The position numbers and the translations under genes were made by a program. A stretch of 64,000 bases of DNA from Malacoraja senta (taxonomy: Eukaryota), in assembly GCA_038087875.1 (NCBI GenBank), contig CM075997.1, positions 7,876,001-7,940,000 of the forward strand, in the 5' to 3' direction. Under the pieces are notes generated by a model. That model was not told the origin of the DNA. It saw nothing but the letters and a program-made list of their open reading frames with translations, and made no database searches. Of this stretch, positions 13,555 to 26,980 are shown in pieces (the stretch's first letter is position 1; each line of letters opens with the position of its first letter).

Positions 13555-14290
13555 ACTAGGAGGCGCCAGAGGAGGGAGATAGCAGCCCTGCCGGCTGTTT
13601 GTTTTTTCATCCTTTTTGTTATTTTTAGCGTTTGTTTAAAGTTTGTTTTAATGTTCTTCTGTTTGTTTTATGTGGTGGTCGGGGGGACTTTTTTTTCAGG
13701 TCCTTGCCTTCCCGGAGAGGTGATCAAGTTTCAGATCACATTCTCCGGGCTCTGCGGCCTACCATCGTTGGAGCTGGAAGCCGCCTCGGACTGTTGTGAG
13801 CCCCACCATCGCTGACTTACCATCGGAGCGGATCCCTTGCCTGGGATCGCTCCCACCACGGACTTACTTACCAACAAGGGCTCGCAGTCACGGGAGAGGC
13901 TAGTCGGGAGCTCCAATGCCGCAGAAGGTCTGTCCAGCCCCGACGCGAGGTTTGATCGCCCGGCGCGGGGGAGCCGACATCCCCCCGATGCGGATGCTGA
14001 TCGCCTCGACGCGGAGGGCCCGAACGCCGCCGGCTACGGGACTCAAGACCGTCCCGTCAACGGGGAGCTCGAGGCCCCCGACCGAGGAAGAACAACAAGG
14101 GAAGGACTTGGAACTTTATTTTCGCCTTCCATCACAGTGAGGAATGTGTAGGAGTCACTGTGATGGATGTTTACGTTAAAATGTGTTTTTTTTTTAGTCA
14201 GTTGCTTTTTAAATTGTATGACTGACCAGGCAAGTGAATTTCACTACACCAATTGGTGTATGTGACAATAAATGAACATATGAACAGTAC
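13555..14290 (+). mobile_element. GC-rich non-coding retroelement with Rex/Babar-type 3' tail
   Basis: T-rich leader, CpG-rich core, tccatcacagtga...tcactgtgatgga hairpin, terminal tacacc-aatt-ggtgta hairpin followed by tgtgacaataaa. Confidence 0.55.
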
Positions 14291-14374
14291 AGAACGGGAA
14301 CATTGCCCACAGGTTAAACTAATTTCCTCTGTCTGCACATGATCCATACCTCTCCATAACCGAGTATGAATGAA

Positions 14375-14570
14375 TTGCAGATGCTGGTTTACACTGAAGA
14401 TAGACACAAAAAGCTGGAGAAACTCAGCAGGTTAGGCAGCATCTCTGGAGAAAAGGAATAGGTGACGCTTCGGATGTCGACAGAAATGCTGCCTGACTCG
14501 CTGAGGTACTCCAGTTTTTTGTGTCTATCTTCGGTTTAAACCAGCATCTGCAGCTCCAGCTTTTTGTGTC
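14375..14570. repeat. Palindromic Penelope-derived mini-element (centre deleted)
   Basis: Arms gcagatgctggtttacactgaagatagacacaaaaagctggag and ctccagttttttgtgtctatcttcggtttaaaccagcatctgc. Confidence 0.7.
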
Positions 14571-15865
14571 TACGCTCCATAAACTGCTTGTCCATGTACC
14601 TATCTGAATGTCTCATAAACACCACCATCGTATCAGCCTCCACCACCACTCTTGGCATCACGTTCCAGGCACTCACCACCCTCTGTGTAAAAGACATGTC
14701 CCACAAAACTTTAAATTTTGCCTCTCTCACATCAAAGCTGCGCCTTCATTGATGCTTCTTTGTAATAACCCACTTGTGTTCCACCCTGCTCTCTTTATAT
14801 TGCTCAAAGGCCCTGTCTCATTTCATCTTTCTAAACCTTGCATCGGCTTCCTTGTTATCTTCAACTAAAGTTGCAACCTCTTTGGTCATTCCCTTACTTT
14901 GTCATTCATTCTCCTGCTCCTTAATGGAACATATCAGTTCCGAAATTCAATCAGCTGGACTTTAAACAACTCCCACATGTCAGATGTAGACTTACCCAAT
15001 AACAGCTACTCACAATTTACTCTCCCGTGCAATAACGCTGCCGAACAACGCTGTTACCTGCCACACCCCAATTAAGTTCATTTCCTCAAGGTCCAGAGTT
15101 ACCCTTACTCATTACTATCATAAAACATACAGAGTTGTGAACACTGTTCCCAAAATGCTCTTCCACTGAAATACTGGTCATCTGGCAAAGGTCAATTCTC
15201 AACACTGGGTATGTTCCCTCCTCGAGTTGGAATATCCACATACTGTTTCACAAAACCCACTTGAATACTTACAATAAATTCTTCCCTGTCCAAACCTTTG
15301 TCACTGAGCAAGTCCCTGTCAATATTGGGGAAGTTAAAGTCCCTGTTGCTTTGGCATCTTTCAGTAATCTGTCTACATATCTATATCTCCTGCTAGCTAT
15401 TGGAGGGCCTATAGTGCAATCCCTTTAGGCTGCTTGCACCTTTCTTATGAGTTAGCAAATGCTGGAGTAACTCAGCGGGACAGGCAGCATCTTACATTTC
15501 TGAAACATCACCCATACCTTCTCTCCAGGGATGCTGCCTGTCACGCTGAGTTAGTCCAGCAATTGGTGTCAATTTTCAGTTTTAAAAAGCATCTGCAGTT
15601 CTTTCCTGCACCTATTCTTACGTTGAAACTCCACCTTGGGAGAAGTACAAGGTGTTGCATTATGGTAAGTTAGACCAGGGCAGGACCTGCACAGTAAATG
15701 GTCTCTGAAGAGTGTTGTAGAGCAGAGAGATATGGCAGTGTAGGTGCACAGTTCACTGAAATTGGTGAATACAGGTAGACAGGGTGGTGAAGAAGTCTTC
15801 CCTTGATCGGATGGGGCACTGAGTACAGGAGTTATGTGACAACTGCGCAGGTCATTAGTGTAATT

Positions 15866-16960
15866 ACATAGAAATATAGAAAATAGGTGCAGGGGAGGCC
15901 ATTCGGCCCTTCGAGCCAGCACCGCCATTCATTGTGATCATGGCTGATCGTTCCCTATCAATAACCCGTGCCTGCCTTCTCCCCATATCTCTTGACTCCA
16001 CTAGCCCCTAGAGCTCTATCTAACTCTCTCTTAAATCCATCCAGTGATTTGGCCTCCACTGCCCTCTGTGGCAGGGAATTCCATAAATTCACAACTCTCT
16101 GGGTGAAAACGTTTTTTCTCACCTCAGTATTAAATGACCTCCTCTTCATTCTAAGACTGTGGTCCCTGGTTCTGGACTCGCCCAACATTGGGAACATTTT
16201 TCCTGCATCTAGCTTGTCCAGTCCTTTTATAATTTTATATGTTTCTATAAGATCCCACCTCATCCTTCTAATCCAGTGAATACAAGCCTAGTCTTTTCAA
16301 TCTTTCCTCATATGACAGTCCCGCCATCCCAGGGATCAATCTCGTGAACCTACGCTGCACTGCCTCAATCACAAGGATGTCCTTCCTCAAATGAGGAGAC
16401 GAAAACTGTACACAATACTCCAGATGTGGTCTCACCAGAGCCCTATACAACTGCAGAAGAACCTCTTTACTCCTATACTGAAATCCTCTTGTTATGAAGG
16501 CCAACATTCCGTTAGCTTTCTTCACTGCCTGCTGTACCTGCACGCCAACTTTTAGTGACCGGTGTACAAGGACACCGAGATCTCGCTATACCTCCCCCTT
16601 ACCTAACCTAACCCCATTGAGATAATAATCTGCCCCTTTGTTTTTGCCGCCAAAGTGGATAACCTCACATTTATCTATATTATACTGCATCTGCCACGCA
16701 TCTGCCCACTCACTCACCCTGTCCAGGTCACCCTGCAACCTCCTAACATCCTCTTCACAGTTCACACTGCCACCCAGCTTTGTGTCATCCGCAAACTTGC
16801 TAGTGTTGCTCCTAATTCCCTCTTCCAAATCATTAATATATATGGTAAACAGTTGCGGCACCAACACCGAGCCTTGCAGCACTCCACTCGCCACTGCCTG
16901 CCATTCTGAAAAGGACCCATTCACTCCTACTCTTTGCTTCCGGTCTGCCAACCAATTTTC
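15866..16960 (-). mobile_element. Young CR1 family B 3' portion
   Basis: Minus-strand RT C-terminal ORFs 16586-16951, 16268-16543 and 15958-16263; tail at ~15866. Confidence 0.9.
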
Positions 16961-18097
16961 TGGTCACCCAGCTATAGGAAGGATATCATTAAGCTGGAAA
17001 AGGTGCAGGAGTTTCATGAGGATATTACTGGGACTAGAGGGCGAGTTAAAAGGAGAAGGTAGACAAAAATGCTGGAGCAACTCAGCGGGTGAGGCAGCAT
17101 CTATGGAGCGAAGGAAATAGGTAACGTTCGAGCCAAAACCCTTCTTCAGAAAAGGAGAGACTGGATACACTAGGACGTTGCTAAAGAGCATCGGAGATTG
17201 AGGGTGATCTTACTTAGGTATTTAAAATCACGAGGAGCATGGATAAGATCACATATTTGTTCCATAACCGGGGAGTCTTAAACCAGAGGGCACGCATTTA
17301 AGGTGAAAGGAAAAAGATTTAAAAAGGTTAAAGATTTGCAACTTTTTACAAAAGTTTAGGGGGTATGTGGAATGAATGAGCTGCCAGACGAAGTGCTAGA
17401 TCAAATAGACCTATCTACACCACTCATAATGTTATATACTTCTATCAGGTCACCATGCAACCTCCAGCATTTCTGAGAAAACAATTCAAGTCTGTCCAAA
17501 CTCTTACTGCACCTAATACCCCCTTAACGAGGCAACATTTGGTAAACCTCTTCTGAACCCTTTACAGGTTGCCCCATCCACATTCTTCCTGTAAGGGGGC
17601 AACCCGAATTGCATGCAATACTCCAAATGTGGCCTAACCAAAATCTTATAAAGCTGGATCATTACTTCCTGACTCTTATACTCAATGCCCTGACCTATGA
17701 AAGCAAGTATACCATATGTCTTTTTACCACTTGTGTTGCCACCTTCAAGGAGTTATGGACTTGGACCCAAGAACCATCTGTACATCAATGTTGTTAAGGG
17801 TCATGAATTTAATTGAAACATTTTCCCATACATATGTCCTCCCAAATTGCAACATGCTTGGCTTAAACTCCAACTTCCATTGCTCCACCCATTTCTGTAA
17901 CTAATTTACATCCAGCGGAAGAGAGACACAAAAAGCTGAAGTAACTCAACGGGACAGACAGCATCTAGAGAAGGAAGGGTTGATGTTTTGGGTCGAGACC
18001 CTTCATATCCAACTCAATACCTTGCCAGCCCCCCATACAGTCTACGACCTCAGTAATCTTGGTGTTATCTTCAAACTTCCCAACTAACCAGTCCAAA

Positions 18098-18102
<5 letters not shown>

Positions 18103-18140
<38 letters not shown>
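18103..18140. repeat. (TA)n microsatellite
   Basis: About 19 perfect TA units. Confidence 0.95.
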
Positions 18141-18143
<3 letters not shown>

Positions 18144-18763
18144 CAGCAGTCACAGCACAGATCCGTGTGAAACTCCACTGGTCACAGACTGGTCACAGAC
18201 CTCCAGTATGAATATTGTCCTTCCACCACAACCCACTGTCTTCTATCAGTAACCCAGTTCTGAATCCATGCACCAACTATTAATCCCCTTCATCTTAATC
18301 TTCTTGATCAGCCTACCATGGGGTTTTTTATCAAATGCCTTACTAAAATCCATGTAGACAACATCCATCTCCACTCTCATTGATAACTTTGTCAGTTCCT
18401 CAAAAAACCCTATGAAGACATGACCTGTGTATACAAAGCCATGCTGATTGGCCCAACCCCATTCTCCTCCAAATGGGCGTAAATCCTAATGCTAAGAATC
18501 CAACTCCAATAGTTTTACTTCCACAGCATATAATTCCCTGGATTCTCTCTACTTCTGTTCTTAAACAAAACTACACTCTTCAGTCCTCCAGGAACATGTC
18601 AGTCGGTGGAAGATCTTCGTCAAGGCTCCCACATTCTCATCTTTTGCCTCTCTTAATAACTTAGGATAAATCCCATCATATCATTTGTTACTTCTTCAAA
18701 AAACTCTAATTTAAACATAAGATCTCCCACCAACAAATCCATGCTGACCATATTTAATTAGTC

Positions 18764-18982
18764 AAAGGTAGATAAAAAGCTGGGTATAATCAGCGGGTGA
18801 GGCATCATTTATGGAGTGAAGGAATGGGTAACGTTTCGGGTTGAGATCCTTCTTCAGACAGATGAATGGTCTCGACCCGAAACGTCACCCATTTCTTCAC
18901 TCCATAGATGCTGCCTCACCCGCAGAATTTCTCCAGCTTTTGTCTACCTTCGATTTTTCCAGCATCTGCAGTTCTTTCTTAA
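18764..18982. mobile_element. Palindromic Penelope-derived mini-element with hammerhead-like cores and 14-bp TSD
   Basis: TSD atatttaattagtc (18750-18763) / atatttgattagtc (18983-18996); minus-strand CTGAAGA-aggatctcaaccc-GAAACGTT. Confidence 0.75.
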
Positions 18983-19156
18983 ATATTTGATTAGTCCTGG
19001 CCTGTCCAAGTGCAGATTAATCCTATCCCTCAATATGTTCCCCAATAACTTTCCTCCCACTAATGTTAACCTCACTGGCCTGTCATTACCTGGCTAACTC
19101 CTGCTGCCGTTCTTGAAGAAAGGAAATGAACAACGTTCACTGTCCTCTGGTCATCT

Positions 19157-19440
19157 GGCACAGAGGCGCAGTGGCAGAGTTGCTATCTTACAGTGCCAGA
19201 GACCCGGGTTCGATCTTGACCACGGGTGCTCTCTGTACGTAGTTTGTATGTTCTTCTAGTGACCGCGTGGGTTTTCTCTGGATGCTCCGGTATCCTCTCA
19301 TATTAAAAACGCATGCGGGTTTGTAGGTTAATTGTCTTCCCTAAATTGTCCCGAGTGAGTGGGATAGAAATAGTGTATGGCTAGGTGGGCTGACGGGCCT
19401 GTTACTATGCTGTAACTCTAAACTGCACCAAACTAAACCT
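19157..19440 (+). mobile_element. tRNA-headed V-SINE (HE1-like)
   Basis: A/B-box-like ggcgcagtgg...ggttcgatc, V-domain-like ttttctctggatgctccggt, CR1-like tail ending ctaaact. Confidence 0.8.
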
Positions 19441-19785
19441 CACGTGGCCAGTGAAAATGTAAGCATCCCTGTAAGTGTCCCCACCCCCCCACCTTATCTC
19501 CCAGAGCAGCCTGGGATTCCTCCAATCAGGCCCTGGTTCCCTCTTGCCCTTAATATATCTATAACGTGCCCTGGGTCTCTACCTAATCTTATTACCAGTG
19601 ATATTTTGTGGCCCCTCTTTGCCTGCCTACTTTCTTTAATGCATACAATCAGCGAATGTTGTTCCTTTCCTCTCTTCTGCACTCTCAATGCTGCTGAAGG
19701 ACTCCCCAATCCATCAACATTCCTATTCACAATCTACATTCCTACCTGTTTCGGTGTCAACAGCAAGTTTAGCAAGCAATTCTTG

Positions 19786-20832
19786 CGGCACGGTGGTAGA
19801 GTTGCTGCCTTATTATCTGAATGGTGGCCGATTCGGAAAAGGGGAGATGCAACGAGACCTGGGTGTCATGGTACACCAGTCATTGAAAGTAGGCATGCAG
19901 GTGCAGCAGGCAGTGAAGAAAGCAAATGGTATGTTATCATTCATAGCAAAAGGATCTGAGTATAAGAGCAGGGAGGTTCTACTGCAGTTGTACAGGGTCT
20001 TGGTGAGACCACACCTGGAGTATTGCGTACAGTTTTGGTCTCCAAATCTGAGGAAAGATTCTTGCCATAGAGGGAGTACAGAGAAGGTTCACCAGACTGA
20101 TTCCTGGGATGGCAGGACTTTCATATGATGAAAGACTGGATAGACTCGGCTTGTACACGCTAGAATTTAGAAGATTGAGTGGGGATCTTATAGAAACTTA
20201 CAAAATTCTTAAAGGGTTGGACAGGCTAGATGCAGGAAGATTATTCCCGATGTTGGGGAAGTCCAGAACTATGGGTCACAGTTTAAGGATAAGAGGGAAG
20301 TCTTTTAGGACCGAGATGAGAAAATCATTTTTTACACAGAGAGTGGTGAATCTGTGGAATTCTCTGCCGCAGAAGGTAGTTGAGGCCAGTTCATTGGCTA
20401 TATTTAAGAGGGAGTTAGATGTGGCCCTTGTGGCTAAAGGGATCAGGGGGGTATGGAGAGAAGGCAGGGATGGGATACTGAGTTGGATGATCAGCCATGA
20501 TCATATTGAATGGCAGTGCAGGCTCGAAGGGACGAATGGCCTACTCCTGCACCTATTTTCTATGTTTACAGTGCCAGAGACCCAGGTTCGATCCTCACTA
20601 TATGTACTGTCTGCATGGAGTTCGTACGCTCTCCCCGTGACCTGCATGGTTTTATTCTGGATATCCAGTTTCCTCCCACACTCCAAAGACGTACAGGTTT
20701 GTAAGTTAATTGGCTTGGTATAATTTTAAATTGCCCCTCATGTGCGTAGGATAATGTTACTGTGCAGGAATTGTTGGACGGCGTGGTCTCGGTTGTCCTG
20801 TTTCTGCGCTGCATCTCCAAAGTAAGCTAAAG
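19786..20832 (+). mobile_element. HE1-like SINE split by a CR1 3' fragment (19813-20565)
   Basis: SINE head ends gttgctgcct at ~19810 and resumes ttacagtgccagagacc at ~20566; CR1 RT peptide lies between. Confidence 0.8.
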
Positions 20833-21344
20833 TTTGCCACCTTCATCCAGCTCACCATCAGGTAAGATGTTGAGACCACAACCCCGATCTGTTGAACCAC
20901 CCCACTACTTAACACCAAATCATCTCACATTGCCCATCTGTTTCCAGCAATTCTTCTGTCCTAAACAATGCGATCCCTCTGACACAACAAAGATGTATTT
21001 TCCGCTATGATCTCGGATGTGACATCTGATCAAATGCCTTCTGGAAATCTAGGTATAGTAGATTCGTAGCTCAAGCTATTTATTCAAATTCAAAGAACTC
21101 CATTAGATTAATCAAAAAGACGAAAATAATCTACCTTGCAGCGTTCAATAGAAAAAATTGTTAATTAAAAATCCCACTGGAAAGGGGTGTAATATTATAG
21201 AATTTATCATTAATTATGCTCTGGGACCATAGCTCTTGGGGTCCAAGTCTATAGCTTCCTGAAAGTGGCAACAGGAGTAGATAGCGTGTAAAGAAGCTGT
21301 ACGGTATGCTTGCTCTCATTGGTTGGGGCATTGAGTAAAAAAGT

Positions 21345-21795
21345 TTACCACATAGATCAGACTCACCACCAGGTACTCCATCTAAACTCCACGCTGCATC
21401 AGGAAAGCAGCTAACATAATTAAAGGTTATCTTCATTCCTTCTTTTCCCTGCTCCCGTCAGACAGAGGGTACAGAAGCTTGAAAACGTGCAACACCTGAT
21501 TCGAGAACAGCTTTTTCCCCTCTGTTATCAGGCTTCTGAACAATCCTTCCATAAGCTAGGGTACTGTCCGATTCATCTCTACCTCATTGTGGACATTGGA
21601 CTTTGTCTTTGGAACTGATGAGCGACAATGCTGAGAATTAAATTCTGCACTGTAACTTCCCCTTCGCATGACCTTTTGTACTTTAATTTGACTTGGATTT
21701 ATATTAATGTGTAGTATTATCTGATCTGATTAGATAGCATACAAAAGAAAGCCTTTCACTGTACCTCGGTACATGTGACAAAAATAAACCTAATC
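21345..21795 (+). mobile_element. Rex1/Babar 3' fragment
   Basis: cgctgcatcaggaaagcagctaacataattaaag (RCIRKAANIIK); tail tttcactgtacctcggtacatgtgaca. Confidence 0.6.
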
Positions 21796-22231
21796 ATAAA
21801 CCCCTATGCCTGCAATTTCCTAGCTTGTATGATCTTGTCCATGGTGAAAGCAGATGAGAAGTAGTCATTGACTACCTGCCCACCCCCTTGGCTTGCCTCA
21901 GAAAGGCAGCACTGTGGGGAGGGAGGTCGTCACCAAGGGCACTGCGTACCTTCAGTTATTTTACAAAGGAGGTGAAGGGGAACTTCTTTAGTCAGAGGGT
22001 AGTTGATCTCAAGTCAGTGGATATTTTTAAGGCAGAGATAAGGTGGGTGTCATGGGTTAAGGCGAGAAGGCAGGAAAATGGGATTAGGAGGCAGCGATCA
22101 GCCATGATTGAATAGCGGATTAGATCAATGGGCCGAATGCCCTAATTCTACTCCTATAACGTGAACTTGTGAGCTTGGTCATTATTGGGGGAAGGAGGCC
22201 GTCACCATGGACACTGCGTACTTTCAGCTCG

Positions 22232-23240
22232 ATCATAAGATCATAAGTGATGAGCAGAATTAGGCAACTCGCCCAATCAAGTCTACTCTGCCATTCAATC
22301 TTGGCTGATCTATCTCTTCCTCCTACCCACAGTCTCCTGCCCTCTCCCCATAGCCCCTGACACCAGTACTAATCTATCTATCTCTGCCTTAAAAATATCC
22401 ATAGTTGGCCTCCATAGCTTTCTGTGACAAAGAATTCCACAGATTCACCACCATCTGACTACAGAAATCTCTTCTTATCTCCTTCCCAAAGGAACATCCT
22501 TTAATTCTGATGTTATGACCTCTGGTCCTAGACTCTCGCATTATTGGAAACATCCTCTCCCCATCTCTATCCAAGCCTTTCACGATTCGGTAAGTTTCAA
22601 TGAGGCCCCCCCTCATTCTTCTAAACTCCAGCGAGTACAGGCCCAATGTCATCAAACTCTCATCACATGTTAACCCTCTCATTTCTGGAATCATTCTTGT
22701 AAATCTCTTCTGGATCTACTCCAGAGCCAGCACATCCTTCCTCAGATACGGTGCCCAAAATTGGTCATAATACTCCAAATGCGGCCTGACCACCTTCTTA
22801 TAGAGCCTTAGCATTACATCCCTGTTTTTGTATCCTAGCCCTCTTGAAGTAAATGGTAGCATTGAGTTTGCTTGCTTTACTACTGATTCGACTTGCAAAT
22901 TAACTTTTTGGGAATCCTGCATCAGCTCTCCCAAGTACCTTTGGACATCCGATTCCTGGAATCTCTCTCCATTTGGGAAATAGTCTACGCCTTTATTCCT
23001 ACTACCAAAATGCATAACTCCACACTTTGCTACACTATATTCCATCTGCCACTTCTCTACCCACTCTCCCAACCTGTCCAAGTCCTTCTGCATCTGCAAA
23101 GTCCCTGGTTACTCTACACTAACTGCCCGTTCACCTATTTTCGTATCATCCACAAACTTGGCCACAAAGCCTTCAATCCCCTCACCCACATCATTAATAT
23201 ACAAGGTGAAGAGTAGCGGCCGCAGCATCAATCCCATTGT
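22232..23240 (-). mobile_element. CR1 LINE 3' portion, ending about 50 bp from an exon donor
   Basis: Minus ORFs 22716-23099 and 22389-22694 encode the RT C-terminus. Confidence 0.85.
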
Positions 23241-23289
23241 CAGCACTATCATTGTGGGGAGGGAGGCCATCACCACAGACACTGCTCAC

Positions 23290-23387
23290 CTTCAGCTCGG
23301 CCACCTGTGACGTGACATGCCACATCAGATGCTCACTCATCTGTTTCATTCCGTATGGACCGATCAGTTCCGCCAACGCCTGCATCT
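23290..23387 (-). CDS. NCKAP1L: NCKAP1L-like coding exon (98 bp)
   Basis: tgttag|AGATGCAG...CTGAAG|gtgagc; (E)[32 protein letters not shown]. Confidence 0.93.
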
Positions 23388-23599
23388 CTAACAAGGGACA
23401 ATGATTGAAATCAAGAGCATATATTTCAATGCAATAACAGAAATAATCCTTCAATGAAGCAATGAACCCAGTGAGGTTGAATTGGTCAAGTCAGTTATCC
23501 CCGTTCAGTGCAAAGTTCAGTTGCACAGCTACGCAGCAAGACCTGTCCCTTGGATCAGAGAGATGGGGTGGTTTGGGTGGGGAAGGGTGAATGAACCAA

Positions 23600-24145
23600 T
23601 GAGTGCAGACTGAGGGAGCAGTCTCTGCAGAAGGCGGAAAGGGGTGGAGAAGGGAAAATGTGATTAGTGGTGGGGTCCCATTGGAAGTGACGGAAATGAC
23701 AGAGGATGCAGAGGCTGGGAATCGTGCAAGGTGAGGACCAGGGAAACTCTAAATTTGTGCCATTCTCGGGCGAAGGTGAGCAAGAGCAGGACTACGGGAC
23801 ACAAAAGGAGACGGGTGAGTGATCATCTGTAACTGAAGGGGGGGGGGGGGGGGGAAACCATGTTTACTAAAGTAAGAGCAGATTTCTGATGTCCTAGAAT
23901 CTGATCTTGGGAGCAGATGCAGCGGAGACGGAGGAATTAGGAGATGGGAATAGTGTCTTCGCAAAAGGTATGCTGGGAGGAAGGGTAGTCTGGATAACTG
24001 GGAGTCAGTAGGTTTCAAGTAGATGTCACATTGGGAACATCCAGTGCAGTAGATGAAGTTAGAGGAGGTGATGGAGACAGATAGATCAAGAACGGGGAAA
24101 GAGGTGCCAGAGATGGTCCAAGTGAATTAGAGCGCAGGGTACAAG
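23600..24145 (-). mobile_element. Penelope-like element RT C-terminal remnant
   Basis: DIYLKPTDS...SRTSEICSYFSKHGFP resembles the Penelope YKPTDS...FFSKRGFP region; frameshifted. Confidence 0.6.
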
Positions 24146-24478
24146 TTCGCTATCCCAATCTGAGCCGTAACTAAGAGGGCCACAGGGCCCCACATGAAAT
24201 CCAGATTCAGGGTACAGGTCAAAATCACAATTCCCTCCCACAATTTTGGAAGACTTTTAATGGGTCTTAAAGAGCACCACTAATGAAAAGCAACTGAAAA
24301 GTTTAATTAACCATTGACACAACACATTTGGAACTGATTTTAATCCACATAAGCCTGCATAGAGTTAGTACAGCTTGCATTAGCAACTGTCTGAACATTT
24401 GTGTTGACTATGTAAGTATGCAGTTTGCAAAATGTCAAATGGCCATATCCAGGTATCTATTTGAATCAGTTCACTAAC

Positions 24479-24609
24479 CTGAAACATCGGAATATTCTTC
24501 AGCACTGAAAATCTGCAGGTTTTCAACAGGAATGGTCACAAATGATTTGATAGCAGGGGAGTGAATGATGACCCCAGTACTGGTCTGCCTCAGGAGACTT
24601 TCCAAGTAC
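24479..24609 (-). CDS. NCKAP1L: NCKAP1L-like coding exon (131 bp)
   Basis: ttttag|GTACTTG...TTCAG|gttagt; [43 protein letters not shown]. Confidence 0.93.
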
Positions 24610-24959
24610 CTAAAAAGGAGAGTTTTGAAAAGGAACATCATGATAAATTATGTCAAGGAGTTGGAGTTATATAATTTTGCATCTACAGGTACATAGCCAA
24701 CATGACAGGAGCAGTTACTCTGTGTGATATCGTGTGCCATTTGAGCTAGGATGATGCTAAGACTATATTCCTTGCAGAACAGGAGGCTGAGGGGTGATCT
24801 TATAGAGGTGTATAAAACCATGAGGGGAATATATAGTGTGATGTCAGGATAAGGGAATCAAAAAACCGACAACATTGGTTTAAAGTGAGGGGAAAGATTT
24901 AATTGAAATTTGAGGGGCAACGTTTTATGGTATGTGGGTATATGGATTGAGCTGACGGT

Positions 24960-25190
24960 AGTGAAGATAGACACAAAAAGCTGGAGTAACTCAGCGGGTC
25001 AGACAACATCTCTGGAGAAGCGGAATAGGTGACATTTTGGGCCGAGACACTTGTTCAGTACGAAGAAGGTTCTCGACCCAAAACATCACCTATTTCATTT
25101 CTCCAGAGATGCTGTCTGACCCGCTGAGTTATTCCAGCTTTTTGTATCCATCGTCAGTTTAAACCAGCATCTGCAGTTCCTTTCTGTGCA
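24960..25190. mobile_element. Palindromic Penelope-derived mini-element
   Basis: ~95-bp inverted arms meeting at ~25058, degenerate hammerhead cores at the centre, 3' extension aaaccagcatctgcagttcc. Confidence 0.75.
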
Positions 25191-25983
25191 AAAGAGGTAG
25201 TGAGGCCGGTACTATAACAACATTTTAAAAATATCTGGACATGTACATCCATAGGAAAGGTTTAAAGGGATGTCATACAGCTTGGAAACAGGCCCTTGAA
25301 ACCCAATTACCTCTCTGAGCTGGGCTCACCTCTTCGAAATATTTGTGAGATACGATTTCCGCACACAAAGCTACAATGACTATCCCCTATATGGGTCAAA
25401 TGCAGACAAATGGCAGCTGTTCATGAAGACTTGGTCAGCTTGAGTCAAAGCTGTATATCTCTGAATAGTCTACAGGGAAAACTGAAGCACTAAGCCTAAA
25501 CAGGTCACTGCAACCCAGTGAAGCACTAACAAACTTTATCAAAAATAAATCATTTGTATCTTTGTATCTTGTATCTTTGTATCATGCATGCTCCATGTCC
25601 CATTCAAACTGCACAACTACTAACCGCAGTGAAGTGGCAGCAAGGATCTCATTACATTTCATTTCATCATTGGCATGTAATATGTACAAATGCCTGAAAA
25701 GAATGGGAGCATAGACGGGGTTTACAGAAGATTGAAGCTAGATCTTTTTTCCTTAGAGGGAGTTTGGAAACTGGAGCATACTGCCCGAAGTAGTGTTGGA
25801 GGCAGAGACTGTTACAACATTGAAGGAGTATTTGGACAAACATTGGTCCAAACACTTGCTGAGGCAGAGAAGGCCAAGGAGCAAGCACAGGTAAGGTGGA
25901 TTAGTGTTTATGTGTACTTGCAGATTGGTATGGAAGAGTTGGGCCTGTTTATGTGCTGTATGACTCTAGATCTGTTTAGAAGT

Positions 25984-26200
25984 GGCACGGTGGTGCAATG
26001 GTAGAGTTGCTGCCCTACAGCACCACAGACCTGGGTTCGATCCTGACTATGGGTGCTGTCTATATGGAGTTTGTATGTTCTCCCCATGACCGATGTGGAT
26101 TTTCTCTGGGTGCTCTGGTTTCCTCCCACTACCGGCTTCGTAAAGCCTCACCGCTGCTTGGTAAAATTGTACATTTTCCCCAGTGTGTAGGATAGTACTA
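25984..26200 (+). mobile_element. HE1-like V-SINE
   Basis: ggcacggtggtgcaatggtagagttgctgcc...gggttcgatcc; V-domain-like core. Confidence 0.8.
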
Positions 26201-26980
26201 GTCATAGAGTGATACAGTGTGGAATCAGGCCCTTCGACCCAACTTGACCACACCAGCCAACATGTCCCAGCTACGCTAGTCTCACCTGCCTGTGCCATGG
26301 TCCATATCCCTACAAACCTGTCCTATCAATGTAGCTGGCTAACTGTTTCTTAAACGTTGGGATAGTCCCAGCCTCAACGACCTCATTTGGCAGCTTGTTC
26401 CATACATTCCAAACATAGCAAAGATGGGCAGGAAGCCAGAGGATTGGGTAATGTTTAAAGAGCAACAGGAGATAACTAAAAAGGCAATACGGGGATAAAA
26501 AATGAGGTACGAAGGTAAGCGGGCCAAGAATATAAAGGAGGATAGTAAAAGCATCTGTAGGTATGTGAAGAGGAAAAAAATAGTTTAGACCGAAGTTGGA
26601 CCCTTGAAGACTGAAAAGGGTGAATTTATTATGGGGACAAGCGAATAGCTGATGAGTTGAACAGGTATTTTAGATCCGTCTTCACTAAGTTGTGCTGTGA
26701 AAATGGAGAGGATGAGAAGGAGTTTCTTCCCAGAGGCCATTAGCACTGTAAACTCCTATCTCACCAGGGACTAACTTTACTGTAACAATTTACTGTTGTG
26801 TGGTGTCCTTTAAAAATTGCTGTTTTTTCTTTTTTTTCCTCCCACAAATATGTAATATGTAAATATGTGATTCTGTTCCATTCTGTTTTGTAGTTTTTTT
26901 GCATAATCCGCAAGCATTGAAACTTTTCATTTCACTGCACATCTCGTATGTGTATGTGACGAATAAACTTGACTTGACTT

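Noticed and set aside
13837..14151. 104-aa ORF in a CpG-island-like stretch
   Set aside because: Lies inside a repeat with a LINE-type tail; no evidence for a gene or a host promoter
25984..26050. tRNA-like A/B boxes here and in other copies
   Set aside because: These are SINE heads followed by the V-domain-like core and CR1-like tail, not tRNA genes
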